Assembly (NCBI GenBank): GCA_017537175.1 | Contig: JAFYLH010000012.1 | Coordinates: 65,375 to 129,374, forward strand | Direction: 5' to 3' | From: Clostridia bacterium | GTDB taxonomy: Bacteria > Bacillota > Clostridia > Oscillospirales > CAG-272 | DNA: 64,000 nt | Shown here: piece after piece, positions 1-7,942 of the stretch | Layout of the letters: the number at the start of each line of letters is the position of its first letter | Position numbering within the stretch: the first letter of the stretch is position 1 | The notes under the pieces: model-generated | Told to the model about the DNA's origin: nothing | Databases searched by the model: none | Seen by the model: the letters and a program-made list of their open reading frames with translations, nothing else | Position numbers and translations under genes: made by a program

Positions 1-115
1 ATTATTGTTTAATATTAAATCTTCTATTTGTAATTCAAGCTTACATGATATATCCGCATATAATTTCCTGTGTCCGAAAAAACAACAACACTTCATTTTC
101 TGCACTCCTCAAATA

Positions 116-189
116 TTGACCAGTATAGCGGACAACTTTTGGGACAATTATATCATAAAATATTCTCGGTTGCAACCAATACTGGTCAA
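116..189. promoter_or_regulatory. Perfect 11-bp inverted repeat TTGACCAGTAT (116-126) / ATACTGGTCAA (179-189) in the leader of the XRE regulator gene; candidate operator pair or 5'-UTR stem
   Basis: Read directly from the sequence; the right arm ends 3 nt before the AGGAG RBS (193-197). Confidence 0.35.
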
Positions 190-203
190 AACAGGAGTAA
201 TTT

Positions 204-443
204 ATGGAGCAGAAGATAAGACAGGATATGAATATCGGTGTTAACTTACGCAGACTGCGAGATAACAGCGGCTTGTCTCAGGAGAAGCTGTGTGCCGAAT
301 TGCAGTTAAGAGGTTGCGACATCGGTCGTTCTACTTATGCAAAATATGAAGCAGGCGAGCTGAACGTAAAGGTAAGCGTTATCATACAGCTGACAAAGAT
401 ATATAACTGTTCCTTTGACGAGTTTTTCAAGGATCTGGACTAA
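204..443 (+). CDS. XRE (Cro/C1) family helix-turn-helix transcriptional regulator, 79 aa
   Basis: ORF track; GVNLRRLRDNSGLSQEKLCAEL...STYAKYEAG is a typical HTH_3 pattern; AGGAG RBS 6 nt upstream of the ATG; a terminator follows. Confidence 0.8.
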   Translation: MEQKIRQDMNIGVNLRRLRDNSGLSQEKLCAELQLRGCDIGRSTYAKYEAGELNVKVSVIIQLTKIYNCSFDEFFKDLD

Positions 444-448
444 ACAAG

Positions 449-476
449 GATGTTGCTTTAGAGCAACATCTTTTTT
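449..476 (+). terminator. Rho-independent terminator after the XRE gene
   Basis: GATGTTGCT-TTAG-AGCAACATC stem-loop followed by TTTTTT. Confidence 0.75.
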
Positions 477-510
477 GATCGTTGTATTGTGCAAAATCAC
501 TATTAATTTA

Positions 511-539
511 TTGACATTTTTAAACTTTTGGTATATAAT
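511..539 (+). promoter_or_regulatory. Sigma-A type promoter for the GH18 surface protein gene
   Basis: TTGACA (511-516), 17-nt spacer, TATAAT (534-539); both hexamers match consensus exactly. Confidence 0.65.
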
Positions 540-589
540 AACTAATGATATGCGATAATATCATACTTTTAACACTATAAAGGAGGAGT

Positions 590-3500
590 ATGGCAATGAC
601 AAAAAGAGTGATATCATTATTGATGACCGTGGTAATGCTGATAGGAGTATCAGCCTTCGCCCTTCCTGTCAATGCCGCCGAGAGCTGCACGATTATATTT
701 GATGCCAACGGCGGTACAGGTGTGGGAATGCCCGAAAATATTACGGTAGATGCGGGAACTATAATCACACTTCCTGCAAGCTCACCCACAAAACCGGGAA
801 TGGTTTTTAGAGGTTGGGCATTCAGCAAAGAGGATGCCGACAACGGTGTTATTACCTATGCGGCAGGCACAACTCCTCAGATCCACGTAAACAACGGAGC
901 AATACTTTATGCTTCCTATGCATATTCGGTAGTTCTCAACCACGGTAACCGCGGCTGGGGTAATGCCGCAGTTCAGCTCTATAAATTCCCGGGTAAGGAC
1001 CTTGAGCTCTATCACAAAAAGGACCTGATCCAGCAGAATTACGGAATGCTCCCCGGTGCTTCGGGAGAGACCACCAACCTTATGGTATTTATGGAGTGGA
1101 ACACCTCTCAGGCATTTAACGGTTTAGGTGACGGCATAGGCTATCACGAAAGATATACCACCAATGCATCGACTACTCTTTATTGCATCTGGGGTAATCC
1201 TGTTGCCTACAACGCCAACGGCGGTACATTCCCCGCAACAGGCACAGACCGCCAGTCAAAGTACGTTGTAAACTGGAGTATAAACCGTCACGATGATACC
1301 ACCTTCGGTCTGTTTGATTTTCCGGATGAAGAAAACTCACCCGTAAAGGACGGCTGCCGTCTCTATACCAACGAAGCGGGCGAGACCGTTTATGCAAGAG
1401 TATTCTTGAACGGCAATATATACCGCTATGAGTCGGATGACAGCTGGCTTGATATGCCTATATTCAACGGCCCCGGCTATAAGTGGGAGGATTTTTATAC
1501 CTATATTCTGCCCATAGACGAAAGAGCGCTTGAGCTTTATGCAATTTGGGAGCCCTCTGTTACATACAAGGCTAACGGCGGCAAGGGTGCTGACATAGTT
1601 GAGTATATGGAGCATATAGGCCCTACACTTTTCAGCTATGCAGATTATACCGTACGTAACAATTCTTTTGTAAACGACGGACGTTTTCTCGGCTGGAATA
1701 CCAAGCCTGACGGCAGCGGCGAGAGCTACGAGGCAGGTCAGGTGATCACAGACTATGACACAAGCGAGCCTATAATTCTTTATGCTCAGTGGTCTGATGG
1801 CTGTGAAGCAAAGGAATATACCGTAACCTTTAATGCAATGGAGGGTTATCTCCCCTTTGAAGCGCAGAGCTTTGAAATAGCTTACGGCGAGAGCTTCAAG
1901 GATGCCTTTGAGCTTCCCATACCCACAAGATCGGGGTATCTCTTTAAGGGTTGGTATAACGAAGAAACAGAGTCTTATCTTAATTATGCAGATGAAATCT
2001 ACTCATTAGACCGTGACAGCGTTTATACAGCAGAGTGGGTGCGTCATGATAATCACTATATCGAGGACTTCAAAGTAGAGTCCACCTGTATGACCGAGGG
2101 CAGCTACACCTCTTACTGTACTACCTGTGATTATTACAATACCATTACTTACGGCAAGGTAGAACATACCTTCACCGACTGGAATTATGTAGGCGATACA
2201 AATCTTGTTGTAAGAAGCTGTACACTTTGCGGTGCAAGTGAAAATGACGAGATCCCTCCGTCGGTACAGCAGCAGGTAATTGCTTACTGTAACAAGAATG
2301 TAGCATACAAGGATGTGGATTTCCCCTATATCGATGTTCTCAATTACCTCGGCCCCGCAATCGACGGTGGTCCCGGTGAATATCCCTTCCAGGAGTCCTA
2401 CTTTGGTGAGGCTGCCTATATGAGAAAGGTAGCAACTGCAAAGAACCCCAATATCAAAATAGTTTGTACAGTCTTTAACAGAAACATAGTTAAGTTTGAA
2501 AATTGGCTGAGAACTCCCGCATCCCGTGCCGAGTTTGCAAACCACCTGACAGGCGTTGTATTTGCAAATAACTTTGACGGTCTTGATATCGACTTTGAGT
2601 TCCCGTCGGATCTGTCTCTGCGTGACGAATATGCACTTCTCTTGGGTGAGATCAGAGCAAGATTCAATGCAAAGACCGCACAGACAGGCAGACAGTATAT
2701 ACTGAGTATCGCTACTCCCGCAGCCCATTGGGCAACAGAAAAATTTGACCTTGTTGCCTGCGCTCAGTATCTTGACTACTTTAACATAATGAACTACGAC
2801 CTCTATTGCGGCTCGGCGGTTCCTTATACACATCACCATACACCTCCCTTTGACAATATCGACCCCTACGGACACGTTCCCACAGGCGGCTCTGTTCAGG
2901 GTGATATCAATATGTACAAGGCTCTTGGTATCCCCGGAGAAAAGATAGTTTCGGGTATGGGTCTTTATTCAAGAGAGTGGCAGGGCGTTCCCAACCGTAA
3001 CAACGGTCTCTTCCAGCCCGCAGCACTCCAGGCAAGTAACTATCACTATGACCTGCTTTTGGCATCCTTTGTTAACCGTAACGGCTATGTCCGTTACTGG
3101 GACGATACCTCAAAGGCACCTTATCTCTTTAACGCAGGAGCAGGTATATTCCTCTCCTACGAGGACCCCGAATCCATTAACTATAAGTGTCAGATAGTTT
3201 CAAAGGAAAGAGTCCGCGGTGTTATGGTATTTGACTACGTAACCTGCGACGGTACCGGAATATTTGCACATATAAGAAATCAGCTGGGCTCTGTGCTTCA
3301 CGCCTGCACACCCGGCAGAACCGAGACAAAGGCGGCAAGCTGCAGTGAAAACGGCTATACCAAGACCTACTGCTATTTCTGTGAAGCCCTTATCAAGCAT
3401 ACCGAGGTATACCACGAGGGTCATTATGCCACCGACTGGACTGTAGTTACCCCCGCAACAAAGGGTAGCGCCGGTATAGAAGAGGCAATATGCCTTAACT

Positions 3501-5017
3501 GTAACGAAAGCTTCACAAGAGAGATTCCCGCATTGGGCTATAAGATAAGCTTTGATGCAGGTGAGGGCAAAAAGCTCGGCTCCACCGCATTTATAATTCA
3601 AAAGGGTCAGAACTATGCAGAGATTGTAGGCGAGGATCCTCAGGCGATTCTCGAAGACACAAGCCTTGTTGGTTGGTATGCTGACGGCTATATGCTTAAT
3701 ACCGCAGACAGCTTTGACTTTGATGATGATGTAACCTTTACAGCAGTATGGGAAGAAGAGGGCGAGCACACCCACAGATATACCTCAAAGGTAACAAAGG
3801 AAGCAAGCTGTACCGCAGACGGTGTTATCACCTACACCTGCCGCTGCGGAGACAGCTATACAGAGATGATCCCCCAGCTCGGTCACGAATATGTTGGCTG
3901 TGAGACCCTTGCTCCCACCTGCGGTGCAGAGGGCGAATATACCTATACCTGTACCAACTGCGGGGAGGGCTACACCGAAAGTATTGCTAAGCTTGATCAC
4001 AGCTTTGACACAGGAACTACCACTACAATGCCTGCATGTACCACTGAGGGTACAAAGACCTATACCTGTACGGTATGCGGTGAAACCAAGACTGAATCTA
4101 TCGCGGCTCTCGGTCATGTATGGAGAGCCTGGGAGGTAGTAAAGGAAGCAACCGAGACTGAGGACGGCTTACAGCAAAGAATCTGCCGTCGCGGCTGTGG
4201 TACGGTTGAAGAAGAGATCATCCCCGCACTCGGCGGTGGAGAGGTAACCGAGGTTACAGTATCCTCCGACGGTCCTAACCTTACTATCAGCGGTATGGTT
4301 GATGTAAAGGATGTATTTATCGCTCTTGGTGATTACAATACCTACGCAGATGTTAAGGCAAACGCAGTAGTTCGTCTTACTCCCGATAAGCTTGCGGGAG
4401 CAGAGTCCTATACATACACACTCAAGGCAGGCGGTTACTACACCGTTCTTGTAAGATACAATGACGGCACAAGCGTATATCTGTATGAACAGATAGATGT
4501 TACCGAGCCCGGTTTCTCTGCAGACGGCTTACAGCTTACAGTATCTAACCTTGATAATGTAAAGGTTATCAGAACCGCATACGGTGAATACACCACAGTA
4601 TCTCAGATCAAGAAGGCAGAGGGCGCAAGAGCCTTCACCGCAAAGAACGACATCAAGGGTGCTGATTCCTATAAGATCCAGTACAGATACAACGGTAAGG
4701 TAACAGTAGCAGTACAGTACAATGACGGCTACACCAAGATCTACACCTATACCGTAGAGCAGAAGGTTCCCGTATTTACACAGTCTAACAATGTAGTTAC
4801 CATCGGCAATATCGACGATCTCTACATCGTAAGATATGCTCCCGGCGAGTGGAAGACATCATCCGAGATCAAGAAGGCAGCAGGCTCTGTAGCTATCAAA
4901 GCTTCTGCAGCAGTTGACGGTGTGATCACCGTAAAGAACCTCAAGTCGGGTACTTACACATTCTGTGTTCAGTATAACGATGAGTCTTATAATTATTACG
5001 TAATTACCGTAGAATAA
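590..5017 (+). CDS. Secreted multidomain glycoside hydrolase family 18 (chitinase-like) protein, 1475 aa, with Listeria-Bacteroides-type repeats, Cys-rich modules and three C-terminal tandem repeats
   Basis: N-terminal signal peptide (LMTVVMLIGVSAFALPVNA); repeats ending in F(R/L/K)GW; GH18 catalytic signature DGLDIDFE at nt 2576-2599; AGGAGG RBS. The start could instead be ATG 596. Confidence 0.8.
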   Translation: MAMTKRVISLLMTVVMLIGVSAFALPVNAAESCTIIFDANGGTGVGMPENITVDAGTIITLPASSPTKPGMVFRGWAFSKEDADNGVITYAAGTTPQIHVNNGAILYASYAYSVVLNHGNRGWGNAAVQLYKFPGKDLELYHKKDLIQQNYGMLPGASGETTNLMVFMEWNTSQAFNGLGDGIGYHERYTTNASTTLYCIWGNPVAYNANGGTFPATGTDRQSKYVVNWSINRHDDTTFGLFDFPDEENSPVKDGCRLYTNEAGETVYARVFLNGNIYRYESDDSWLDMPIFNGPGYKWEDFYTYILPIDERALELYAIWEPSVTYKANGGKGADIVEYMEHIGPTLFSYADYTVRNNSFVNDGRFLGWNTKPDGSGESYEAGQVITDYDTSEPIILYAQWSDGCEAKEYTVTFNAMEGYLPFEAQSFEIAYGESFKDAFELPIPTRSGYLFKGWYNEETESYLNYADEIYSLDRDSVYTAEWVRHDNHYIEDFKVESTCMTEGSYTSYCTTCDYYNTITYGKVEHTFTDWNYVGDTNLVVRSCTLCGASENDEIPPSVQQQVIAYCNKNVAYKDVDFPYIDVLNYLGPAIDGGPGEYPFQESYFGEAAYMRKVATAKNPNIKIVCTVFNRNIVKFENWLRTPASRAEFANHLTGVVFANNFDGLDIDFEFPSDLSLRDEYALLLGEIRARFNAKTAQTGRQYILSIATPAAHWATEKFDLVACAQYLDYFNIMNYDLYCGSAVPYTHHHTPPFDNIDPYGHVPTGGSVQGDINMYKALGIPGEKIVSGMGLYSREWQGVPNRNNGLFQPAALQASNYHYDLLLASFVNRNGYVRYWDDTSKAPYLFNAGAGIFLSYEDPESINYKCQIVSKERVRGVMVFDYVTCDGTGIFAHIRNQLGSVLHACTPGRTETKAASCSENGYTKTYCYFCEALIKHTEVYHEGHYATDWTVVTPATKGSAGIEEAICLNCNESFTREIPALGYKISFDAGEGKKLGSTAFIIQKGQNYAEIVGEDPQAILEDTSLVGWYADGYMLNTADSFDFDDDVTFTAVWEEEGEHTHRYTSKVTKEASCTADGVITYTCRCGDSYTEMIPQLGHEYVGCETLAPTCGAEGEYTYTCTNCGEGYTESIAKLDHSFDTGTTTTMPACTTEGTKTYTCTVCGETKTESIAALGHVWRAWEVVKEATETEDGLQQRICRRGCGTVEEEIIPALGGGEVTEVTVSSDGPNLTISGMVDVKDVFIALGDYNTYADVKANAVVRLTPDKLAGAESYTYTLKAGGYYTVLVRYNDGTSVYLYEQIDVTEPGFSADGLQLTVSNLDNVKVIRTAYGEYTTVSQIKKAEGARAFTAKNDIKGADSYKIQYRYNGKVTVAVQYNDGYTKIYTYTVEQKVPVFTQSNNVVTIGNIDDLYIVRYAPGEWKTSSEIKKAAGSVAIKASAAVDGVITVKNLKSGTYTFCVQYNDESYNYYVITVE

Positions 5018-5029
5018 TATAATGAAGAA

Positions 5030-5056
5030 AACAGCAGGGGTAACCCTGCTGTTTTC
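5030..5056 (+). terminator. Rho-independent terminator after the GH18 gene
   Basis: CAGCAGGG-GTAA-CCCTGCTG stem followed by TTTT. Confidence 0.7.
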
Positions 5057-5062
5057 AACCAT

Positions 5063-5163
5063 AATTCCGCACTCCGTGTTCCGACCGGAGGGAGTGCCAA
5101 GAGGCTTTGCCTCAGGCCGCATTCCGCATTCCTCTCATTTTCCGTTCATTATTTCCGCTTGAC
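5063..5163. repeat. Heptad-repeat mosaic element, partial copy C: TTCCGCA-type heptads flanking a 36-bp core (5081-5116)
   Basis: AATTCCGCACTCCGTGTT-[core]-CCGCATTCCGCATTCCTCTCATTTTCCG...; the core is 33/36 identical to the reverse complement of 60479-60514. Confidence 0.7.
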
Positions 5164-5187
5164 TTTTACTTTTAGCTTTGCTATAAT
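5159..5187 (+). promoter_or_regulatory. Sigma-A type promoter for coaX
   Basis: TTGACT (5159-5164), 17-nt spacer, TATAAT (5182-5187). Confidence 0.6.
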
Positions 5188-5216
5188 ATTTCCATTAATT
5201 TACGACGGAGGTAATT

Positions 5217-5981
5217 ATGCTTTTAGCTATTGATATCGGCAACACAAACATAGTGCTTGGCGGCTTTGTGGAGGATAAGTTATCCTTTATGGCTCGTATC
5301 GCTACAAATCCCTCAAAGACCGAGGACGAGTATGCCACAAAGATAAAAAGCGTTCTCTGTCTCCACGGCATAGAGAAGGCAGAGCTGAGAGGCGGTATTA
5401 TCTCCTCTGTTGTTCCGCCCCTTACCTCTATTGTCAAAAAGGCTATACAGAAGGCCTACGGCATCGAGTGTATGACCGTAGCACCCGGCATCAAGACAGG
5501 CATCAACCTGCTCTGCGACTCGCCCTCCACCGTTGGCTCCGACCTTATATGCGGCTGCGTTGCGGCGCATCACATCTACGGCAGCCCCTCACTTATAGTT
5601 GATATGGGTACTGCAACCAAGATACTTCTGGTTGACAAGAACGGTGCTTTCTGCGGCTGCTCCATCATCCCCGGTGTCAACATTTCGCTGAAAGCTCTTG
5701 CAAGCGGTACCGCACAGCTTCCCCAGATAGGTCTTGAAGCGCCTAAGTCTGTTATCGGTAAGAACACCGTTGACTGTATGCGCTCGGGTGTTGTGTTCGG
5801 TCACGCATCTATGATCGACGGCATGATTGACCGTTATATCGAGGAGCTGGGATACGACCTTAAGGTATATGCAACAGGCGGTCTTGCTCCCGCCATCGTG
5901 CCTCACTGCAAGCACGAGATAACCTATGACGATCACCTTGTATTAAAGGGATTGAACATCATTTACAAAAAGAATAATTAA
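5217..5981 (+). CDS. coaX: Type III pantothenate kinase
   Basis: MLLAIDIGNTN... N-terminus and overall pattern typical of CoaX; GGAGG RBS. Confidence 0.9.
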   Translation: MLLAIDIGNTNIVLGGFVEDKLSFMARIATNPSKTEDEYATKIKSVLCLHGIEKAELRGGIISSVVPPLTSIVKKAIQKAYGIECMTVAPGIKTGINLLCDSPSTVGSDLICGCVAAHHIYGSPSLIVDMGTATKILLVDKNGAFCGCSIIPGVNISLKALASGTAQLPQIGLEAPKSVIGKNTVDCMRSGVVFGHASMIDGMIDRYIEELGYDLKVYATGGLAPAIVPHCKHEITYDDHLVLKGLNIIYKKNN

Positions 5982-6061
5982 TTGTGTATAACTCATTTGA
6001 GTTAATATAAATTTTTATGCGTCGCACCACATAAGTGGGTGACAGCAAGGAGGAAATTTTT

Positions 6062-6643
6062 ATGAACACACAAGCGAGAAGAAAGAAGACCGAGCAGCTG
6101 GCCTTGTTAGCTTTGTTTACTGCATTGGTCGCTGTGCTTGCCTATTATGGCGGTTTTATCAAGATTGGAGGTCTTGCATCGATCTCTCTTACTCTGATAC
6201 CTGTTGTTCTCGGTGCGGCACTTTGCGGACCTTGGGCAGGTGCTTGGCTTGGAGCAGTATCCGGAATAGTATTCTTCTTTACTGCAGATGCAGGCTTTTG
6301 GTTTGGACTCAGCATACCCGGAACCGTTATAACAGTTATGTTAAAGGGAATCCTGTGCGGACTTTGTGCCGGCTTAGTCTACAAGCTGCTCGAAAAGAAA
6401 AACAAGTATTTGGCGGTGGCAACAAGTGCTGTAGTTTGTCCTGTTGTTAATACCGGTATATTCATATGTGGATGCTTTGCATTCTTTATGGATGCGGTAA
6501 ATTCAGGTGCTGCCGAAAAGGGAATGTCGGTAGGCATGTACCTTATAATTGTATTTGTAGGATTGAATTTTGTGTTTGAGCTTGTAACCAACATCATCCT
6601 CAGCCCTGCAATTGTAAGATTACTTAACATCAAAAAGAAATAA
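6062..6643 (+). CDS. ECF-transporter S (substrate-binding) component-like membrane protein, about 193 aa
   Basis: Multi-TM 190-200 aa protein with an S-component-like ISLTLIPVVLGAALCGPWAG segment; ATG 6062 has an AAGGAGG RBS. The track start at 6035 is GTG and lacks an RBS. Confidence 0.6.
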   Translation: MNTQARRKKTEQLALLALFTALVAVLAYYGGFIKIGGLASISLTLIPVVLGAALCGPWAGAWLGAVSGIVFFFTADAGFWFGLSIPGTVITVMLKGILCGLCAGLVYKLLEKKNKYLAVATSAVVCPVVNTGIFICGCFAFFMDAVNSGAAEKGMSVGMYLIIVFVGLNFVFELVTNIILSPAIVRLLNIKKK

Positions 6644-6644
6644 G

Positions 6645-6672
6645 AAAAGGCAGTCGTTTGACTGCCTTTTTT
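6645..6672 (+). terminator. Rho-independent terminator after the S-component gene; its stem GGCAGTC/GACTGCC recurs at 7360-7376
   Basis: AAAAGGCAGTC-GTTT-GACTGCCTTTTTT. Confidence 0.75.
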
Positions 6673-6692
6673 GAAAAGATGCGGATGTTGTA

Positions 6693-6721
6693 TTGCAAAC
6701 CGCGATACAATATGATATAAT
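6693..6721 (+). promoter_or_regulatory. Sigma-A type promoter (extended -10) for the toxin-antitoxin operon
   Basis: TTGCAA (6693-6698), 17-nt spacer, TG-A-TATAAT (6713-6721). Confidence 0.6.
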
Positions 6722-6744
6722 GATAGACGAAAGGTGGTGCCAAT

Positions 6745-7041
6745 ATGGCTAATAAAACAGCAAACGTAACTGCGAGGGTAAATCCCGAAGTCAAAAGACA
6801 AGCCGAAGAAGTATTACAGCAGCTCGGTGTTCCGGTTTCGGTTCTGATCGATTCGCTATACCGTCAGATCATTATGACCAACAGCATACCTTACTCTTTT
6901 GCGCTTAACACATTACCGACCCGTGATACTATGACGGACGCACAGTTTGATCGGATGATGGCAAAGGGCTTGGAGCAGGCAAAGAACGGACAGGGTGTAA
7001 GTCTGAGTGACGCTTTCTCTGAGATAAACGACAATATTTGA
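6745..7041 (+). CDS. Type II antitoxin, RelB/DinJ family, 98 aa
   Basis: N-terminal ANVTARVNPEVKRQAEEVLQQLGVPVSVLIDSLYRQI matches the DinJ/RelB ribbon-helix-helix pattern; the next gene starts 1 nt after its stop. Confidence 0.8.
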   Translation: MANKTANVTARVNPEVKRQAEEVLQQLGVPVSVLIDSLYRQIIMTNSIPYSFALNTLPTRDTMTDAQFDRMMAKGLEQAKNGQGVSLSDAFSEINDNI

Positions 7042-7042
7042 T

Positions 7043-7357
7043 ATGAAAGTTAATTTAACCGACCACGCCGTTGAACAGTTGAAAAATATCGTATGGTATA
7101 TTTCTAAAGTTCTTTTGGAACCCGAGACGGCGAAACGAGTGTCGAAAAGGATCGAGGATGAAATTTCCTCACTTGATCATATGCCTTACCGTTATCCTCT
7201 TGTAACCGAGGAGCCTTGGCGAACGCAAGGAATACGCAAAACAACGGTGAAAAATTTTATAGTTTACTATTGGATCGACGACGACAATTCTACGGTTTGG
7301 GTCACGGCGGTTGTATATGGCAGAAGGGATCAGATATCCGCTTTGAGAAATATGTAA
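7043..7357 (+). CDS. Type II toxin, RelE/ParE family, 104 aa
   Basis: About 100 aa, directly follows the antitoxin; ...IVYYWIDDDNSTVWVTAVVYGRRDQ C-terminal pattern typical of ParE/RelE toxins. Confidence 0.8.
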   Translation: MKVNLTDHAVEQLKNIVWYISKVLLEPETAKRVSKRIEDEISSLDHMPYRYPLVTEEPWRTQGIRKTTVKNFIVYYWIDDDNSTVWVTAVVYGRRDQISALRNM

Positions 7358-7380
7358 CAGGCAGTCTATGACTGCCTGTT
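7356..7380. terminator. Bidirectional hairpin terminator between the TA operon and the convergent gene; near-duplicate of the 6649-6666 hairpin
   Basis: AACAGGCAGTC-TAT-GACTGCCTGTT, 11-bp stem. Confidence 0.6.
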
Positions 7381-7381
7381 A

Positions 7382-7942
7382 TTATTTGATCAGCGTATGT
7401 CCGCAATCAAAGCATTTGATTGCGTTTATATGATTTTCGATACCGCATATGGGACATATGTAGCTTTTTTGATCATCCTTGAATACTACGTACTGCTTTG
7501 TGCAGCCTATATGTAATATATAGCTGCCGATAGGGTAGATATCCATAATGCTGTTCAGCGGAACATTTTTCGGCAGACGGATTATCTTATTGGATGTCGT
7601 ATCTCCGTTTTTTATAGAGAACATTAAAAACGTACCCGATGTCTTGCGATAGGGAACTAGTCTGTTTGCACCGCGGACGGGAAGCTCTACCGTAAGATCT
7701 TTTATCTTGACAACCTCTCCTGCCCAAGTCTTATCAAAAAGATTGTTTTTGAAAACAGGGAGATTATAAAATATGATAAATGATACGATAAGTCCGATGA
7801 CTACACCGACAGGCGGGATATATTGGCATGATATACATATGAATGTAACTATGCCCATGAGTGCAAGAAAGAACAGGACGTAGGGAATACGGCGTTTTAG
7901 TATATACATTCGGATGTCTTTGGGGATTTTGAAGTCTTTCAT
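7382..7942 (-). CDS. Hypothetical membrane protein with a C-terminal zinc ribbon, about 186 aa
   Basis: Two predicted TM helices; CPICG...CFDCGH at the C-terminus; ATG 7942 is preceded by AAGGTGA (the track start 7951 is GTG inside the RBS). Confidence 0.6.
   Translation of the reverse strand: MKDFKIPKDIRMYILKRRIPYVLFFLALMGIVTFICISCQYIPPVGVVIGLIVSFIIFYNLPVFKNNLFDKTWAGEVVKIKDLTVELPVRGANRLVPYRKTSGTFLMFSIKNGDTTSNKIIRLPKNVPLNSIMDIYPIGSYILHIGCTKQYVVFKDDQKSYICPICGIENHINAIKCFDCGHTLIK

Noticed and set aside
5-244. 79-aa ORF at the window start overlapping the XRE gene leader
   Set aside because: It is AT-rich and covers the likely promoter/operator region and the XRE start. It has no RBS or family resemblance.
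5982-6061. Possible riboswitch (for example preQ1 or a vitamin class) upstream of the ECF S-component gene
   Set aside because: I see only a weak AT-rich hairpin and a bulged CACCAC-ATAA-GTGGGTG hairpin. I cannot match them to the preQ1-I, THF, FMN or TPP consensus features I remember. A covariance-model scan would be needed to settle it.
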